DNA from: an uncultured Deinococcaceae bacterium
GTDB taxonomy: Bacteria > Deinococcota > Deinococci > Deinococcales > Deinococcaceae
Direction of reading: 5' to 3'
Length of the DNA: 64,000 bases
Assembly: GCA_964252075.1 (NCBI GenBank)
Contig: CAXULY010000018.1
Coordinates: 33,740 to 97,739, forward strand
Shown one piece after another: positions 46,463 to 58,674 of this stretch. Both the position numbers and the translations under genes were made by a program. Within the stretch, counting starts at the first letter, position 1, and the number at the start of each line of letters is the position of its first letter. Under the pieces are notes generated by a model that was not told where the DNA came from, did no database searches, and saw only the letters and a list, made by a program, of their open reading frames with translations.

Positions 46463-47632
46463 TCACTTGAAGGCGACGCGCGCGGGTTCCGGCAGGCGGT
46501 ACGCCAGCCACACGCTCGGCAGCAGCGCCACGAGCCCCACCAGGGACGCGTTCACAGGCCCGACGTGGTCCGCGAGCAGGCCGATCAGGAACACCAGCAG
46601 GCCCGCGAAGCCCCACGAGAAGCCCATCATGATGCTGCTCGCGACGGCCACGTGGCGCGGCGCGTACTCCTGCGCGGTCACCACGCCCACCGGGATGCTG
46701 GCGTTCACGGCGGCGCTCACCACGAAGGTCGCGGGGTAGAACCACCACTGGTGCGGCGTGCTGAGCACCAGCAGCACGAACAGCGGCAGCGCCGCCAGCA
46801 CCGCCGCGCGCATGACGGGCACGCGCCCCACGCGGTCCGAGAGGCGCCCCCCGATGATGCCGCCCACCGCGCTCGCGACGGCCGACACGGCGAGCGCCCA
46901 CACGACCGCCTGGCGCGCCTCGCCCGCCGGGAAGCCGCGCGCCAGCAGGATGAAGGGCAGCATGGCGCTGTACGCGGAGCTCGCGAAGCTGCGCAGCACC
47001 GCCATCGCCCACAGGGTCACCATGGGCCCGCGGAAGATCGCGAGGTACTCCGAGGCGCTGGGGCGGCGGCCCTGCGGGCGGTCGCTGGGCGTCACGAGGT
47101 ACGAGATGACGCCCAGGATCACGCCGACCAGCGCGAACACCGGCAGCCACGCGAAGCCCACCAGCGCGAACACCGGACCGAGCGCCATGCCCGCCGTGCC
47201 GCCCGCGCTGAAGAGGCTCGCCCATAGCCCGCGCCGGTCGGGCGGACTGAAGCGCGCGACGTACGCGGAGCCCGCCGGGTGGAAGAAGCCGCTGCCGAAC
47301 CCCGCGATCGCGACGAGCAGCATCAGCAGCCCGAAGAACGGCATGTACCCCACCAGCGTGAGCCCCACGCCCGTGAAGACGGGACCCACGGCGGCCATCA
47401 CGCGGCGGTCGAAGCGCTCCCCGATGATGCCGAGGAGCGGCTGCAGCACGCTGGACGTGAGGGAGAACACGCTGGCGAGCAGCGTGACCGCGCCGATCGT
47501 CACGCCGAAGTGCGCCTGGATGGCGGGGCCGAGCGGCGTGAGCATGGCGCCGTACGCGTCGTTGATGAAGTGGCCCAGCGTCACCACCAGCGCGATGGAG
47601 GCGGCGGCGTTCGCGGTGCGCGCGACTTGCAT
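46463..47632 (-). CDS. MFS transporter (Fsr/fosmidomycin-resistance-like)
   Basis: GHFINDAY, SVLQPLLG, GSGFFHP, GGRLSDRVGR; TAGCGT -10 box 7 nt before ATG 47632. Confidence 0.88.
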   Translation of the reverse strand: MQVARTANAAASIALVVTLGHFINDAYGAMLTPLGPAIQAHFGVTIGAVTLLASVFSLTSSVLQPLLGIIGERFDRRVMAAVGPVFTGVGLTLVGYMPFFGLLMLLVAIAGFGSGFFHPAGSAYVARFSPPDRRGLWASLFSAGGTAGMALGPVFALVGFAWLPVFALVGVILGVISYLVTPSDRPQGRRPSASEYLAIFRGPMVTLWAMAVLRSFASSAYSAMLPFILLARGFPAGEARQAVVWALAVSAVASAVGGIIGGRLSDRVGRVPVMRAAVLAALPLFVLLVLSTPHQWWFYPATFVVSAAVNASIPVGVVTAQEYAPRHVAVASSIMMGFSWGFAGLLVFLIGLLADHVGPVNASLVGLVALLPSVWLAYRLPEPARVAFK

Positions 47633-47667
47633 GGCGGTCACGCTACCACGGGCTTCGCACGGTCACC

Positions 47668-48237
47668 ATGAGCCACAGCGCGTATTCTGGGAGGGTGGAC
47701 GCCCTGCACGAGTACCTGTCACCCGCCCTGAGCAGCGAGGCCAACCTGCTGGAGGCGCTGGAAGGCGCCCCGGACGAACTGTGGACCGCCTACGTGGGCG
47801 CCCTCCTGGACGCCCTGCCCGCCTTTGATCTGGTCGTGACGCTGCCGCGCGCGGAGGTGCTCGCCGCGACGCTCGCGGGTCGCCGGGGCGTGCGGGCCGT
47901 GCAGGCGGGCTTCGGGCCGATGCGCGAGCCGCACACGCGCGGGGAGCGCTGGTCCCTGCCGCTCGCGCCGCTGGTGGACGCGCGCGCGGTGCTGCTCGTC
48001 ACGCCGTACCTCGGCGCGGGCCTGAATGAGCTGGAGGTCGCGGCGCTCGCGCGGCAGGGCGGCGCGGACGCGGTGGGCCTCGCCTGTGGGCTGGAGCGCA
48101 CGGAACTCGGGGGTCGCAACCGCCTGGAGCAGCAGGGCGTCGCGGTCGCGGCGTGCGCGATGGTGGCGAGCACCCCGACTGGCCTGATCTTCGAGCGGCG
48201 CGTGCCGCCCCTGAGCCCTCAGGACTCCGGGGAGTAG
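47668..48237 (+). CDS. Phosphoribosyltransferase-like protein with a degenerate PRPP loop
   Basis: VLLVTPYLGAG in the place of the VDD...TG loop; ERTELGGRNRLE resembles OPRT/APRT C-termini. Confidence 0.5.
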   Translation: MSHSAYSGRVDALHEYLSPALSSEANLLEALEGAPDELWTAYVGALLDALPAFDLVVTLPRAEVLAATLAGRRGVRAVQAGFGPMREPHTRGERWSLPLAPLVDARAVLLVTPYLGAGLNELEVAALARQGGADAVGLACGLERTELGGRNRLEQQGVAVAACAMVASTPTGLIFERRVPPLSPQDSGE

Positions 48238-48743
48238 GCGCGCAGCGCGCGCTCCTCGGCGGGAATGCGCACGCCGAGGAGCAGCGCGGCGTTCAGCAGA
48301 CTGAAGGCCAGCGCGGTACGCCACGCGCCCAGTGCGAGCGGCGCGCTCGCAACCTCCAGGGCCACCACCGCGTAATTCGGGTGCGGCAGCCAGCGGAACG
48401 GCCCGCGCCGCACGCGCTCGCCGCCCGGCACGATCAGGATGCGGGTGTTCCAGTAGCGGCCCAGCGAGCGGATCACCCAGTACCGCAGGGGCTGCGCGAG
48501 CAGCAGCAGCACCAGCCACGGCCAGCGCACGCCGCCGCGCGCGCGGCGGCCCTCCAGCAGCAGGGACAGCAGCCAGCCGGTGTGCAGCGCGAAGAACAGC
48601 GGGTAGTGCGCCCGCCCGTGCTCCACGGCGCCCTGCGCGCGCGCCCAGCGTTCGTTCGCGCGCGCCACGCGCAACTCCAGCAGGCGCTGCGCGGCGAGCG
48701 CGAGGAGCAGCCACGGCGCGGCACCCGCCGCGCGCCACCTCAC
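48219..48743 (-). CDS. Isoprenylcysteine carboxyl methyltransferase family protein (BpsB/SrsB-like)
   Basis: [44 protein letters not shown] overlap with the PKS gene. Confidence 0.9.
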   Translation of the reverse strand: MRWRAAGAAPWLLLALAAQRLLELRVARANERWARAQGAVEHGRAHYPLFFALHTGWLLSLLLEGRRARGGVRWPWLVLLLLAQPLRYWVIRSLGRYWNTRILIVPGGERVRRGPFRWLPHPNYAVVALEVASAPLALGAWRTALAFSLLNAALLLGVRIPAEERALRAYSPES

Positions 48744-49786
48744 GGGAACTCCAGCAGCACGTGCTCCGCGCTGAAGCCCGGCCCCATGGCGCTCAGCAGG
48801 CCCCGCCCGCGCGGCGCGCGGCGCAGCGCCTCCTCCAGCACGAACAGCACGGTGGGAGCGGACATGTTGCCGTTGCAGCGCAGCACCCGGCGGCTGCTGT
48901 CCAGCGTGCCGGGCGGCAGGTCCAGCGCCTCCTCGTACGCCGCGACGACCTTCACGCCGCCCGGGTGCACCACGAAGTGCTGCAGGTCCTCACGCCGCCA
49001 GCCGTGCGCGGCCAGCGCGTCCTGCACGTTGCCTTGCATCATGGCGTGCACGAGCGCCGGGATGTCGCGCGAGAAGCGCACGCGCAGGCCGTCCTCCATC
49101 ACATCCCAGCCCATCACGTCCGCGCTGTCCTCAATGAGGGTGCTGTACGCGCCGTGCAGGCGCGCAAGCGCCTCACCCTCGCCGTCCGGGCCGAGCAGCA
49201 GGGCCGCGCCGCCATCCGCGAAGAGCGCGGTGCCCACGAAGTTGCTCTTGGACTCGTCGCCGCGCACGAACGTCAGGGAGCACAACTCCACGGCGAGCAG
49301 CAGCACGTTCTTGAAGCCCGCGCGCACGAGGTCCGCGGCGCGCGCGAGGCCCGCCGCGCCGCCCGCGCAGCCCAGCCCCCACAGGGGCACGCGCGCCGCG
49401 TGGCGGGACACGCCGAGGCGCTCCATAAGGTACGAGTCCAGGCTGGGCGTGCTGATGCCGGTGCTGCTCACGAACACGATGGCGTCCACCTGCGCGGCCA
49501 CCACGCCCGCCTGCTCCAGCGCCTTGCGGGCCAGTTCCTCGCAGAGGTCCAGCGCCGTCTCCACGTACACCGCGTTCTTCTCGGCGAAAGAGTGCGGGTC
49601 GAAGTACCACTCCAGCGGGCGGGCGAGGAAACGCTGCTGAATCTGGGCGTTGTCGAACACGCCCTGCATCTGCTTGAAGGCGCTCATGCGGGGGAACAGG
49701 CGGCGGGCCGCCTCCCGCACGTCGGCCTGCGGGGCGCGGTGGGGCGGATGCCCCGTCACCAGCGCCCGCACGGTCGGAGTAATCAT
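48740..49786 (-). CDS. Type III polyketide synthase (BpsA/SrsA-like)
   Basis: Catalytic GLGCAGG, HPGG, GNMS; VELCSL, ALFADG, MGPGF. Confidence 0.95.
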   Translation of the reverse strand: MITPTVRALVTGHPPHRAPQADVREAARRLFPRMSAFKQMQGVFDNAQIQQRFLARPLEWYFDPHSFAEKNAVYVETALDLCEELARKALEQAGVVAAQVDAIVFVSSTGISTPSLDSYLMERLGVSRHAARVPLWGLGCAGGAAGLARAADLVRAGFKNVLLLAVELCSLTFVRGDESKSNFVGTALFADGGAALLLGPDGEGEALARLHGAYSTLIEDSADVMGWDVMEDGLRVRFSRDIPALVHAMMQGNVQDALAAHGWRREDLQHFVVHPGGVKVVAAYEEALDLPPGTLDSSRRVLRCNGNMSAPTVLFVLEEALRRAPRGRGLLSAMGPGFSAEHVLLEFP

Positions 49787-49898
49787 TCGGGCATTCTTCC
49801 AGGCCACCGGTGAAACACAGTGGCATTCGCGTGGGTCTCAAGTTCACCGCAAGGCGGGGCGCGAACCCACTCATGGTTCGCGCCCCGCCCGCACCGCC

Positions 49899-50792
49899 TT
49901 ACTGCTGGCCCTGCTGCTGCCACTCCTGCTGGCCCTGCTGGTCGAGCGCCTGGAAGTCCTCGTCGCTCAGCTGCACGCTCGCGGCGCCCACGTTCTCCTC
50001 CAGGTGGTTCACCTTGCCAGTGCCGGGGATGGGCAGCATGACGGGGCTGCGGCGCAGCACCCACGCGAGCGCCACCTGGCCGGGCGTCGCGCCGTGGCGC
50101 TGCGCGACCTGATCGAGGATGCCGCCGGGCTTCGCGAGGCCGCCCGCCGCGAGCGGGAACCACGGGATGAACCCGATGCCCTGCTGCTCGCAGTGGTTCA
50201 GCACGTCCTCGCTCTTGCGGTGCACGAGGTTGTAGAGGTTCTGCACGGTCGCGACCGTGAAGTACTCGCCCGCCGCCTGGATCTCCTCGACGCTCACCTC
50301 GGAAAGGCCCACGTGCTTGATGAGGCCCTCCTGCTGGAACTGCCGGATCGCGTCGAACTGCTCGTCGCGCGGCACCTTCGCGTCAATGCGGTGCAGCTGC
50401 CACAGGGGAATCTGCTCCAGCTTCAGGCGCCGCAGGCTCATCAGCACGCACTGCCGCAGGTACTCGGGGCGCCCGACCGGGGGCCACACGTCCGGCCCCG
50501 TGCGCGTGAGGCCGCCTTTCGTGGCGATCACGATGCCGTCGTACGGTGCGAGCGCCTCCGCGATCAGGTCCTCGCTCACGTACGGGCCGTAACTGTCGGC
50601 GGTGTCAATGAAGTTCACGCCGAGTTCTGGGAGGCGCCGCAGGGTGCGCAGGGCTTCCCGGCGGTCCTCCGGTTCACCCCAGATGCCTTTGCCGGTCACG
50701 CGCATGGCGCCGAAGCCCAGGCGGTTCACGTCGATGTCCCCACCGATGGGGAAGGTGCCGCTGTGCGCGGCGTTGGGTTGAGGGTGTGTCAT
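49899..50792 (-). CDS. Aldo/keto reductase
   Basis: [37 protein letters not shown]. Confidence 0.93.
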   Translation of the reverse strand: MTHPQPNAAHSGTFPIGGDIDVNRLGFGAMRVTGKGIWGEPEDRREALRTLRRLPELGVNFIDTADSYGPYVSEDLIAEALAPYDGIVIATKGGLTRTGPDVWPPVGRPEYLRQCVLMSLRRLKLEQIPLWQLHRIDAKVPRDEQFDAIRQFQQEGLIKHVGLSEVSVEEIQAAGEYFTVATVQNLYNLVHRKSEDVLNHCEQQGIGFIPWFPLAAGGLAKPGGILDQVAQRHGATPGQVALAWVLRRSPVMLPIPGTGKVNHLEENVGAASVQLSDEDFQALDQQGQQEWQQQGQQ

Positions 50793-50877
50793 GTGCTCAC
50801 GTCCTTTCCGCCGTGCATTGTCGGCCCCGTGCGGCCTGGGTAACTGTAAAAAGGGTGAAGGTCCGCTAGCGTGAGGC

Positions 50878-51162
50878 ATGGCGTGGCGCATTCTGGTGAC
50901 GGCAGGTACGGCGGACGCGCGGGTCACCCTGTACCGCGCGCCGGAGGGCCGCGTGTGGCTGCGCGCGCTGGCGCGCAGCGAACTCCTGCACGAGAGCAGC
51001 CACGACACGGTGGAGGCGGCGCTGCTGGAGGCCGCGAGCCGCATCGAGCTGCCGCACGACCTGTACGGCGCCCTGATGGACGCCGTGGAGAAGCAGGTGC
51101 AGCTGGGCAGCCTGGGGGACGAGCCGCTCCCCTGGAAACCCAGCTGGCCCGAAGACGGCTGA
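50878..51162 (+). CDS. Small hypothetical protein
   Basis: Fills the gap with typical codon use; TAGCGT -10 box 5 nt before ATG. Confidence 0.65.
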   Translation: MAWRILVTAGTADARVTLYRAPEGRVWLRALARSELLHESSHDTVEAALLEAASRIELPHDLYGALMDAVEKQVQLGSLGDEPLPWKPSWPEDG

Positions 51163-51183
51163 GCGAACGGCGCGCCCGCCCGC

Positions 51184-51966
<783 letters not shown>

Positions 51967-52019
51967 ACGTGCCCACAGAGTACGGCCAAGCGTCCCTCAC
52001 GCATGTCCCGACGGACGCG

Positions 52020-52346
52020 TCACAGCAGCCGCCACCCCGTGAGGGCAAAGCCCACTGCCAGGACCGAGGCGAGCGCCGCGTGGTCCGCTCGCCCGGGGTG
52101 GCTGCGCGGGACCAGCAGCAGTCCGGCCAGCAGCGCCGCCAGCGGCCACCACGGCATGGCCGCCACGAAGGCCAGCAGGCCCGTCACGGCGGTCGCGGCG
52201 CACGTCAGGAAGTACAGCGCGTGATGCAGCGGCCTGGGGTGCCAGCGGCTGCCGAGCTGCAGGCTGAGGCCCAGCGCGAAGTTCAGCGTGAAGACCGCGA
52301 GCGCGGCCAGCAGGGCGCTCTGGTACGGGGCGAAGGGCCACTCCAC
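52020..52346 (-). CDS. Small membrane protein, hypothetical
   Basis: Hydrophobic segments NFALGL, HHALYF; start position uncertain. Confidence 0.6.
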   Translation of the reverse strand: MEWPFAPYQSALLAALAVFTLNFALGLSLQLGSRWHPRPLHHALYFLTCAATAVTGLLAFVAAMPWWPLAALLAGLLLVPRSHPGRADHAALASVLAVGFALTGWRLL

Positions 52347-52396
52347 GACCTCATGCTGCCACGTGGCGGGCGCACGGCGCCGGAGTACGCTGGAGC

Positions 52397-52708
52397 ATGG
52401 CGTCCCCCGAGCGCAAGGGCCCACCCACGGGCCTGCTGCTGGTCGTGCTGCTGCCGGTCCTGATCCTGGTGGCGCCCGCGGTGCTGGCGTGGTTCGCGCT
52501 GTCCGAGCGCCTCGCGCGCTGCCCGGCGTGTGGGCGCCGCGGCACGCTGTCCGACGTCACGCCGCTGCTGGAGCACGCGCCGCAGGGGTGGAGGTGGCGG
52601 CGCTCGCGGCTCGTCCGGACGCGGGAACTCACCTGTCGGCACTGCGGCGCGCGCTTTTTGCAGGCTCCGGGTGAGCCCATGCGGCGCCAGGACCAGCGCG
52701 CCGCCTGA
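52397..52708 (+). CDS. Membrane-anchored zinc-ribbon small protein
   Basis: N-terminal TM helix; CPAC...CRHC; TACGCT -10 box 5 nt before ATG. Confidence 0.7.
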   Translation: MASPERKGPPTGLLLVVLLPVLILVAPAVLAWFALSERLARCPACGRRGTLSDVTPLLEHAPQGWRWRRSRLVRTRELTCRHCGARFLQAPGEPMRRQDQRAA

Positions 52709-52709
52709 G

Positions 52710-53020
52710 TTATCCACAGGGGGTGTGGATAACTGTTGCACAGAGCTGTAGGGGATGCGGAGGCAGAAGTGCGAGGCTTGGACGCGTTCTGCCTCTGATT
52801 GCCCGTGCAGTCAACTCAGAGCACCTGCACCATTCCGGCCTCAGAAAGACTGTCCTACACAACGTTTTTTGCATATGGCGAAACGACGGTAGGCGTCAAC
52901 ATCCCACCACATCAGGTTCGGAGGTATTCATGCCGCTCCTGCACGTCCATGTTATGGATGGCGCTGCAATCAACCCCTTGCCGTGACGCGCCCAGGGTTA
53001 TCCACACCCCCTGTGGATAA
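52710..53020. promoter_or_regulatory. DnaA-box cluster: four perfect TTATCCACA boxes within 24-bp terminal inverted repeats
   Basis: TTATCCACA-GGGGG-TGTGGATAA (52710-52732) and its exact reverse complement TTATCCACA-CCCCC-TGTGGATAA (52998-53020). Confidence 0.8.
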
Positions 53021-55093
53021 TTACTGCGCGGCGTCCAGGTGGCCATCCATGGCGCCCACCATGAACGCCAGTTCCGCCGCCCGCTCGCGCAGGGCATCGT
53101 ACCGGCCGCTCGCGCTGAAGTGCCCGGCGCCCATCAGCGTCTTGAGCACCAGCGTGCGGCGCACGTCCGCTTCCGCTCGCAGGCGCGCCACCCACTTCGC
53201 GGGCTCCCAGTACGCGACGCGCGGGTCGTTCAGGCCCGTGCTCACCCACAGGTGCGGGTACGCCACGCCGGGCCGCACGTTGTCGTAGGGGCTGTACGCG
53301 CGCATGGCGACGTACAGCGCCGGGTCGGCGGGGTTGCCCCACTCGTCGTACTCCAGCGTCGTGAGGGGAATGCTGGCGTCCTGCATGGTGCTGATCACAT
53401 CCACGAAGGGCACGCCCGCGATGGCCGCCGCGAACAACTCGGGGCGGGCGTTCAGCACCGCGCCCATCAGCAGGCCGCCCGCGCTGCGCCCCTCGATGGC
53501 GATGCGGCCCGGCGCCGCGACGCCCTCCTGCACGAGCGCCTCCGCGCTGTCGATGAAGTCGCGGAAGGTGTTCTCCTTGTGCTCCAGCTTGCCGCCCTCG
53601 TACCACGCGCGACCGAGCTCGCCACCGCCGCGCACGTGCGCGGTGGCGCACACCCAGCCGCGGTCCAGCAGCGGGAGGCGCGCCGCGCTGAAGGCCGGGT
53701 CGATGCTGACGCCGTAACTGCCGTACCCGTACAGGTACGTGGGGGCGGGGCGCGCGGCGTCCGCGCGGAACACCAGCGTGACGGGCACGCGCGCGCCGTC
53801 GCGCGCCGTGACCCAGAGGCGCTCGCTGCGGTACTGGCTGGCGTCGTAGTGGGGCACCGGCGTCTGCTTCACGAGCGTGGTTTCGAGGGTCCGGAGGTTC
53901 AGGTCGAGGTGCTGCGTGGGCGTGACGGGGCTGGTGTACAGCACGCGCGCCGCGTCCGCCGCGAACTGGTGGTTGGCGCCCAGGCGGTACGTGAACACGC
54001 CTTCTGGCGCGGGCACGCGTCGCGCGTCGCCGTACTGACCACCCTCGCGCGGCAGCACCCACAGCTGCGCGAGCCCCTCTTCGCGCCCCATCACCACGAG
54101 GTGCCGCTCGAAGACCTGCACGCCGTCCAGCTTGCGGCTGGGGTCGTGCGGCAGCACCTCGCGCGCCTCCCCGCCCGCCTTAGGTATGGCCAGCAGCGCG
54201 AACTCGCGCGCGCCCCCACGGTTGGTGGTGATGAGCCAGTGGTCGCCACCGTCCTCCGCCTCGTACTCGACGCCCCGCTCGCGCGGCCAGATGACCGCGA
54301 AGTCGCCGGCCGGGTCGTTCGCCGCGAGGTGCTGCACTTCGGTGGTGGTGGTGCTGTGCGCGGTGAGCAGCAGTTCGGCGCCGCTGTCGCTGCTGGAGAG
54401 GTGCAGGGTGAAGGTCTCGTCGTCCTCCTGCACCAGCCGCGCGTCGTGCGCGGGGTCACCCCCGAGCGCGTGGCGGTACAGCTGGTGGGGCCGCCACGCG
54501 TCGTCGTTGCGGATGTAGTACAGGTGCGAGCCGTCCGCGCTCCACTCCAGGCTCTGCCCACTCACGTCCGTCACGCCCGTGCGGCGCTCCTCGCCGCTCT
54601 GCAGGTCCCGCACGCGGATCTCGAAGCGCTCGGCGCCCTGCGTGTCCAGCAGGTACGCGAGTTGCGTGTGGTCGGGGCTGGGGCGGGTGCGGCCCACCCA
54701 CAGGTTCTCCAGGCCCTCACGGTCCTTCAGCGCGTTCGGGTCGATCAGCACCTGCTCCGCGCCGCCCGCGAGCGGCCTGCGGCAGTGCAGCGGGTACTGC
54801 TGGCCTTCCTCCGTACGCTGGTAGTACGCCCACGCGCCCCACGGCACGGGCGGGTCCTGGTCGGTCTCCTGCACGTGCGAGAGCAGCTCGGCGTAGAGTT
54901 CATCCCGCAGGCTCGCCAGGGGGGCGAGCTTGGCGTCCAGGTGGGTGTTCTCGGCCTGCAGGTACGCGAGTACCTCGGGGTCCGCGCGGCCCTGCGTCTT
55001 GATCCAGTGGTAGGCGTCCTCGCGGGTCTCCCCATGCGCGTGGTGCTGGAGGGGTTTGCGGGCGGCGGTGGGCGGCTGGGGCCGGGTGGTCAT
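53021..55093 (-). CDS. ptrB: Oligopeptidase B (S9A)
   Basis: DAYHW, YGYGSYG, HVRGGGELG, GRSAGGLL, VPFVD, EYDEWGNP, NDPRV.YWEPAKW, AGHF; TAGGAT -10 box. Confidence 0.95.
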   Translation of the reverse strand: MTTRPQPPTAARKPLQHHAHGETREDAYHWIKTQGRADPEVLAYLQAENTHLDAKLAPLASLRDELYAELLSHVQETDQDPPVPWGAWAYYQRTEEGQQYPLHCRRPLAGGAEQVLIDPNALKDREGLENLWVGRTRPSPDHTQLAYLLDTQGAERFEIRVRDLQSGEERRTGVTDVSGQSLEWSADGSHLYYIRNDDAWRPHQLYRHALGGDPAHDARLVQEDDETFTLHLSSSDSGAELLLTAHSTTTTEVQHLAANDPAGDFAVIWPRERGVEYEAEDGGDHWLITTNRGGAREFALLAIPKAGGEAREVLPHDPSRKLDGVQVFERHLVVMGREEGLAQLWVLPREGGQYGDARRVPAPEGVFTYRLGANHQFAADAARVLYTSPVTPTQHLDLNLRTLETTLVKQTPVPHYDASQYRSERLWVTARDGARVPVTLVFRADAARPAPTYLYGYGSYGVSIDPAFSAARLPLLDRGWVCATAHVRGGGELGRAWYEGGKLEHKENTFRDFIDSAEALVQEGVAAPGRIAIEGRSAGGLLMGAVLNARPELFAAAIAGVPFVDVISTMQDASIPLTTLEYDEWGNPADPALYVAMRAYSPYDNVRPGVAYPHLWVSTGLNDPRVAYWEPAKWVARLRAEADVRRTLVLKTLMGAGHFSASGRYDALRERAAELAFMVGAMDGHLDAAQ

Positions 55094-55198
55094 GCCTTCA
55101 TCCTAGGGTGAAGGCACCCGGTGGGGGCGCCGGGCGGCTGAAGAAAGGGCCAAGCCGGACCGGGCAAGCGAACCGCGCGACGCCCCTATGCTGCCCCC

Positions 55199-56246
55199 AT
55201 GCCTGTTCCTGGCGCCCGCGACGCCGCCGAGGACCTGCTGGCCTTCGTGGGGAGCCCCGCGCGGCCCGCGCCCGTCACACGGGCGCTCTCGGCGCTCGCG
55301 CGGCCCAACGTGCTGGTGGGCGTGAGCGTGAACGGCGCGCGACTCCTACGCACGGTCGGCGCGGACGGCCTGACGGGCGAGCGCGTGTTCGAGGTCGCGT
55401 CGCTCACGAAGGCCTTCACGGCGGCCCTCCTGATGCGCCTGGCGCGCGAGGGCCGCATCCAGCTGGACGTACCCCTCGCGCGGCATTTCACGGCCTTCCA
55501 GGGCCTGCCCGCGCGCGTCACGCCCCTCGCGCTCGCGACGCACACGGCGGGCCTGCCCGGCCACCCGCTGCGCACGTACCTGAGCGCCCTCACGCACCAT
55601 TACGACCCGTACGGCGCGCTGACCGCCGGGCAGGCCATCGCGTCCGCGCGGCGCTGGGCGTCCATCACGCCGCCGGGCTTCCGGTACTCCAACCTCGGGT
55701 ACGGCCTGCTCGGTCTCGCGCTGGAGGCGGCGGGCGGCCTGGACCTCCCGGGCGCCGTGCGCCACGCCCTGACCGTGCCGCTCGGCCTGCACGACACCCG
55801 CTTCGACCTCACGCCGGACCTGCGCGCGCGGCTCGCGGCGCCGCACCTGCTGGGCCGCGCGGTGCCCACCACGAATTTTGGGTCGCTGCGCGGCGCGGGC
55901 GGCCTCCACAGCAGCGCGGACGACCTCCTCACGTGGCTGGAGGCGCAGCTCGCCGCGCGGCCCGACACGGACCTCGGCGCGGCGCTGCTGGATGCACAGG
56001 CGGAGCGGCTGCGCCTGCGGCCCGCGACGCCCGTCGCGCAGGGCGTCGCGGCGGGCTGGTTATGCGTACGCGTGCACGGTCGGCCCTGGCGCTGGCATGG
56101 CGGCACCGCGCGCGGCACGCGCGCGGCCGTGGCCTTCACGCCGGGCGGCCCGCTTGCGCTCGTGGCGCTCGCGGACAGCGGCCCGGTGGGCGGCGCCGCC
56201 CCGCCAGAGGCGCTGCTCTTCGCGCTGATGCAGGCGGCCGGCCGCC

Positions 56247-56263
<17 letters not shown>
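55199..56263 (+). CDS. Serine hydrolase, beta-lactamase class C family
   Basis: FEVASLTK (SxxK), LATHTAGLP, YSNLGY, AGGL.S, WHGG. Confidence 0.85.
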
Positions 56264-57401
<1,138 letters not shown>

Positions 57402-57429
57402 GGCCCCAGTAGAGCACGCGGGCACGCCC

Positions 57430-58674
57430 TCACTGCCAGCGCTCGCGGTCCTCGCCCACCTCCCCAGTCAGCAGCGGCCGCAGCTCCCCCACGAGGTACA
57501 GGCTGCCGCACGCCACGGCGCGCCCGCCCTCAGGCAACAGGTCGAGTGCCGCGCGCGGCGAGTCCGCCACGCGCACCGGCACGTCCCACAGGCCCGCCAG
57601 CACCTGCGGGTCGGCGGCGCGCGGACTGAGCTGCGCGCGCGTCACGATCACCTCACTCGCGAGCGGCGCGAGCTCCGCGACGATCCCACGCAGGTCCTTG
57701 TCTCCCGACGTGCCGAACACCAGCGGCACCCGGCCCAGGTCGAGCGCCTGCGCCGCCTCCCGCAGGGCGCGCGCGCCGTCCGGGTTGTGCGCGCCGTCCA
57801 GCAGCACCCACCCACCCCGCCACGGCAGGCGCTCCAGCCGCCCAGGCCAGCGCACCGCCGCCGCGCCCACCTGAATGGCTTCCGGGGGCACGCCGAGCCG
57901 CTGCGCCGCCACCCCCGCCACCGCCGCGTTCGTCGCCCCATGCCGCCCCAGCAGCGGCGTCCTGAACGTCAGCTCCTCAGCGGACGCACGCAACTGCACC
58001 GCCCAGCCATCCCAGCCGAGCGCCTGCGCTTCCACCACCGCGTCCCGCCCCAGCACCCACAGGTCGGCCCCCACCGCCTCCAGCGCCACCAGGGCCTCAC
58101 CGGACGCGGCCGTCACCGCGGGCCTGCCGGGACGCAGGATGCCGGCCTTCTCCGCCGCAATGGCCGCCACCGTGTCCCCCAGGATCTCGGTGTGATCCAG
58201 GCCGACGTTCGTCACGACACTCAGCACCGGCTCGAGCGCGTTCGTGGCGTCCAGGCGCCCGCCCAGACCCACCTCCATCACCGCGACCTGCACGCCCACC
58301 CGCGCGAACAGCAGGCACACCAGGGCCGTCACCACCTCAAAGAAACTCGCCTCCAGCGCTTCGGCATGCGGGCGCACCTCCATGAGCGCCGCGGTCACCG
58401 TCTCGCCCGGGAGTTCCGCTCCGTTCATCACGAAACGCTCCGAGAAGCGCGTGAGGTGCGGACTCGTGAAGAGCCCCGCACGCGCTCCTCCGGCATTCAG
58501 CATGGCGGCGAGGCTCGCCGCGGTGCTGCCCTTCCCGTTCGTGCCGCCCACCAGCACACTCCGGAACGCGTCCTGCGGGCGGTCCAATCGATCCAGCAGC
58601 GCACGCACGCGCCCCAGGCCGGGGTGCATCCCGAAGCGCTGCCGGGCGTACAGCCAATCCAGGACCTCACTCAC
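57430..58674 (-). CDS. folC: Folylpolyglutamate/dihydrofolate synthase
   Basis: GGTNGKGST, FTSPHL, EVGLGGRLDATN, LDH, EKAGI, WPGRLE, LDGAHN. Confidence 0.96.
   Translation of the reverse strand: MSEVLDWLYARQRFGMHPGLGRVRALLDRLDRPQDAFRSVLVGGTNGKGSTAASLAAMLNAGGARAGLFTSPHLTRFSERFVMNGAELPGETVTAALMEVRPHAEALEASFFEVVTALVCLLFARVGVQVAVMEVGLGGRLDATNALEPVLSVVTNVGLDHTEILGDTVAAIAAEKAGILRPGRPAVTAASGEALVALEAVGADLWVLGRDAVVEAQALGWDGWAVQLRASAEELTFRTPLLGRHGATNAAVAGVAAQRLGVPPEAIQVGAAAVRWPGRLERLPWRGGWVLLDGAHNPDGARALREAAQALDLGRVPLVFGTSGDKDLRGIVAELAPLASEVIVTRAQLSPRAADPQVLAGLWDVPVRVADSPRAALDLLPEGGRAVACGSLYLVGELRPLLTGEVGEDRERWQ

Noticed and set aside
52710..53020. Calling the DnaA-box element oriC
   Set aside because: Only four boxes, no adjacent dnaA/dnaN and no clear AT-rich unwinding element or DnaA-trio run.
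53039..55111. 690-aa plus-strand ORF mirroring oligopeptidase B
   Set aside because: Antisense shadow of a high-GC3 gene; no motifs.
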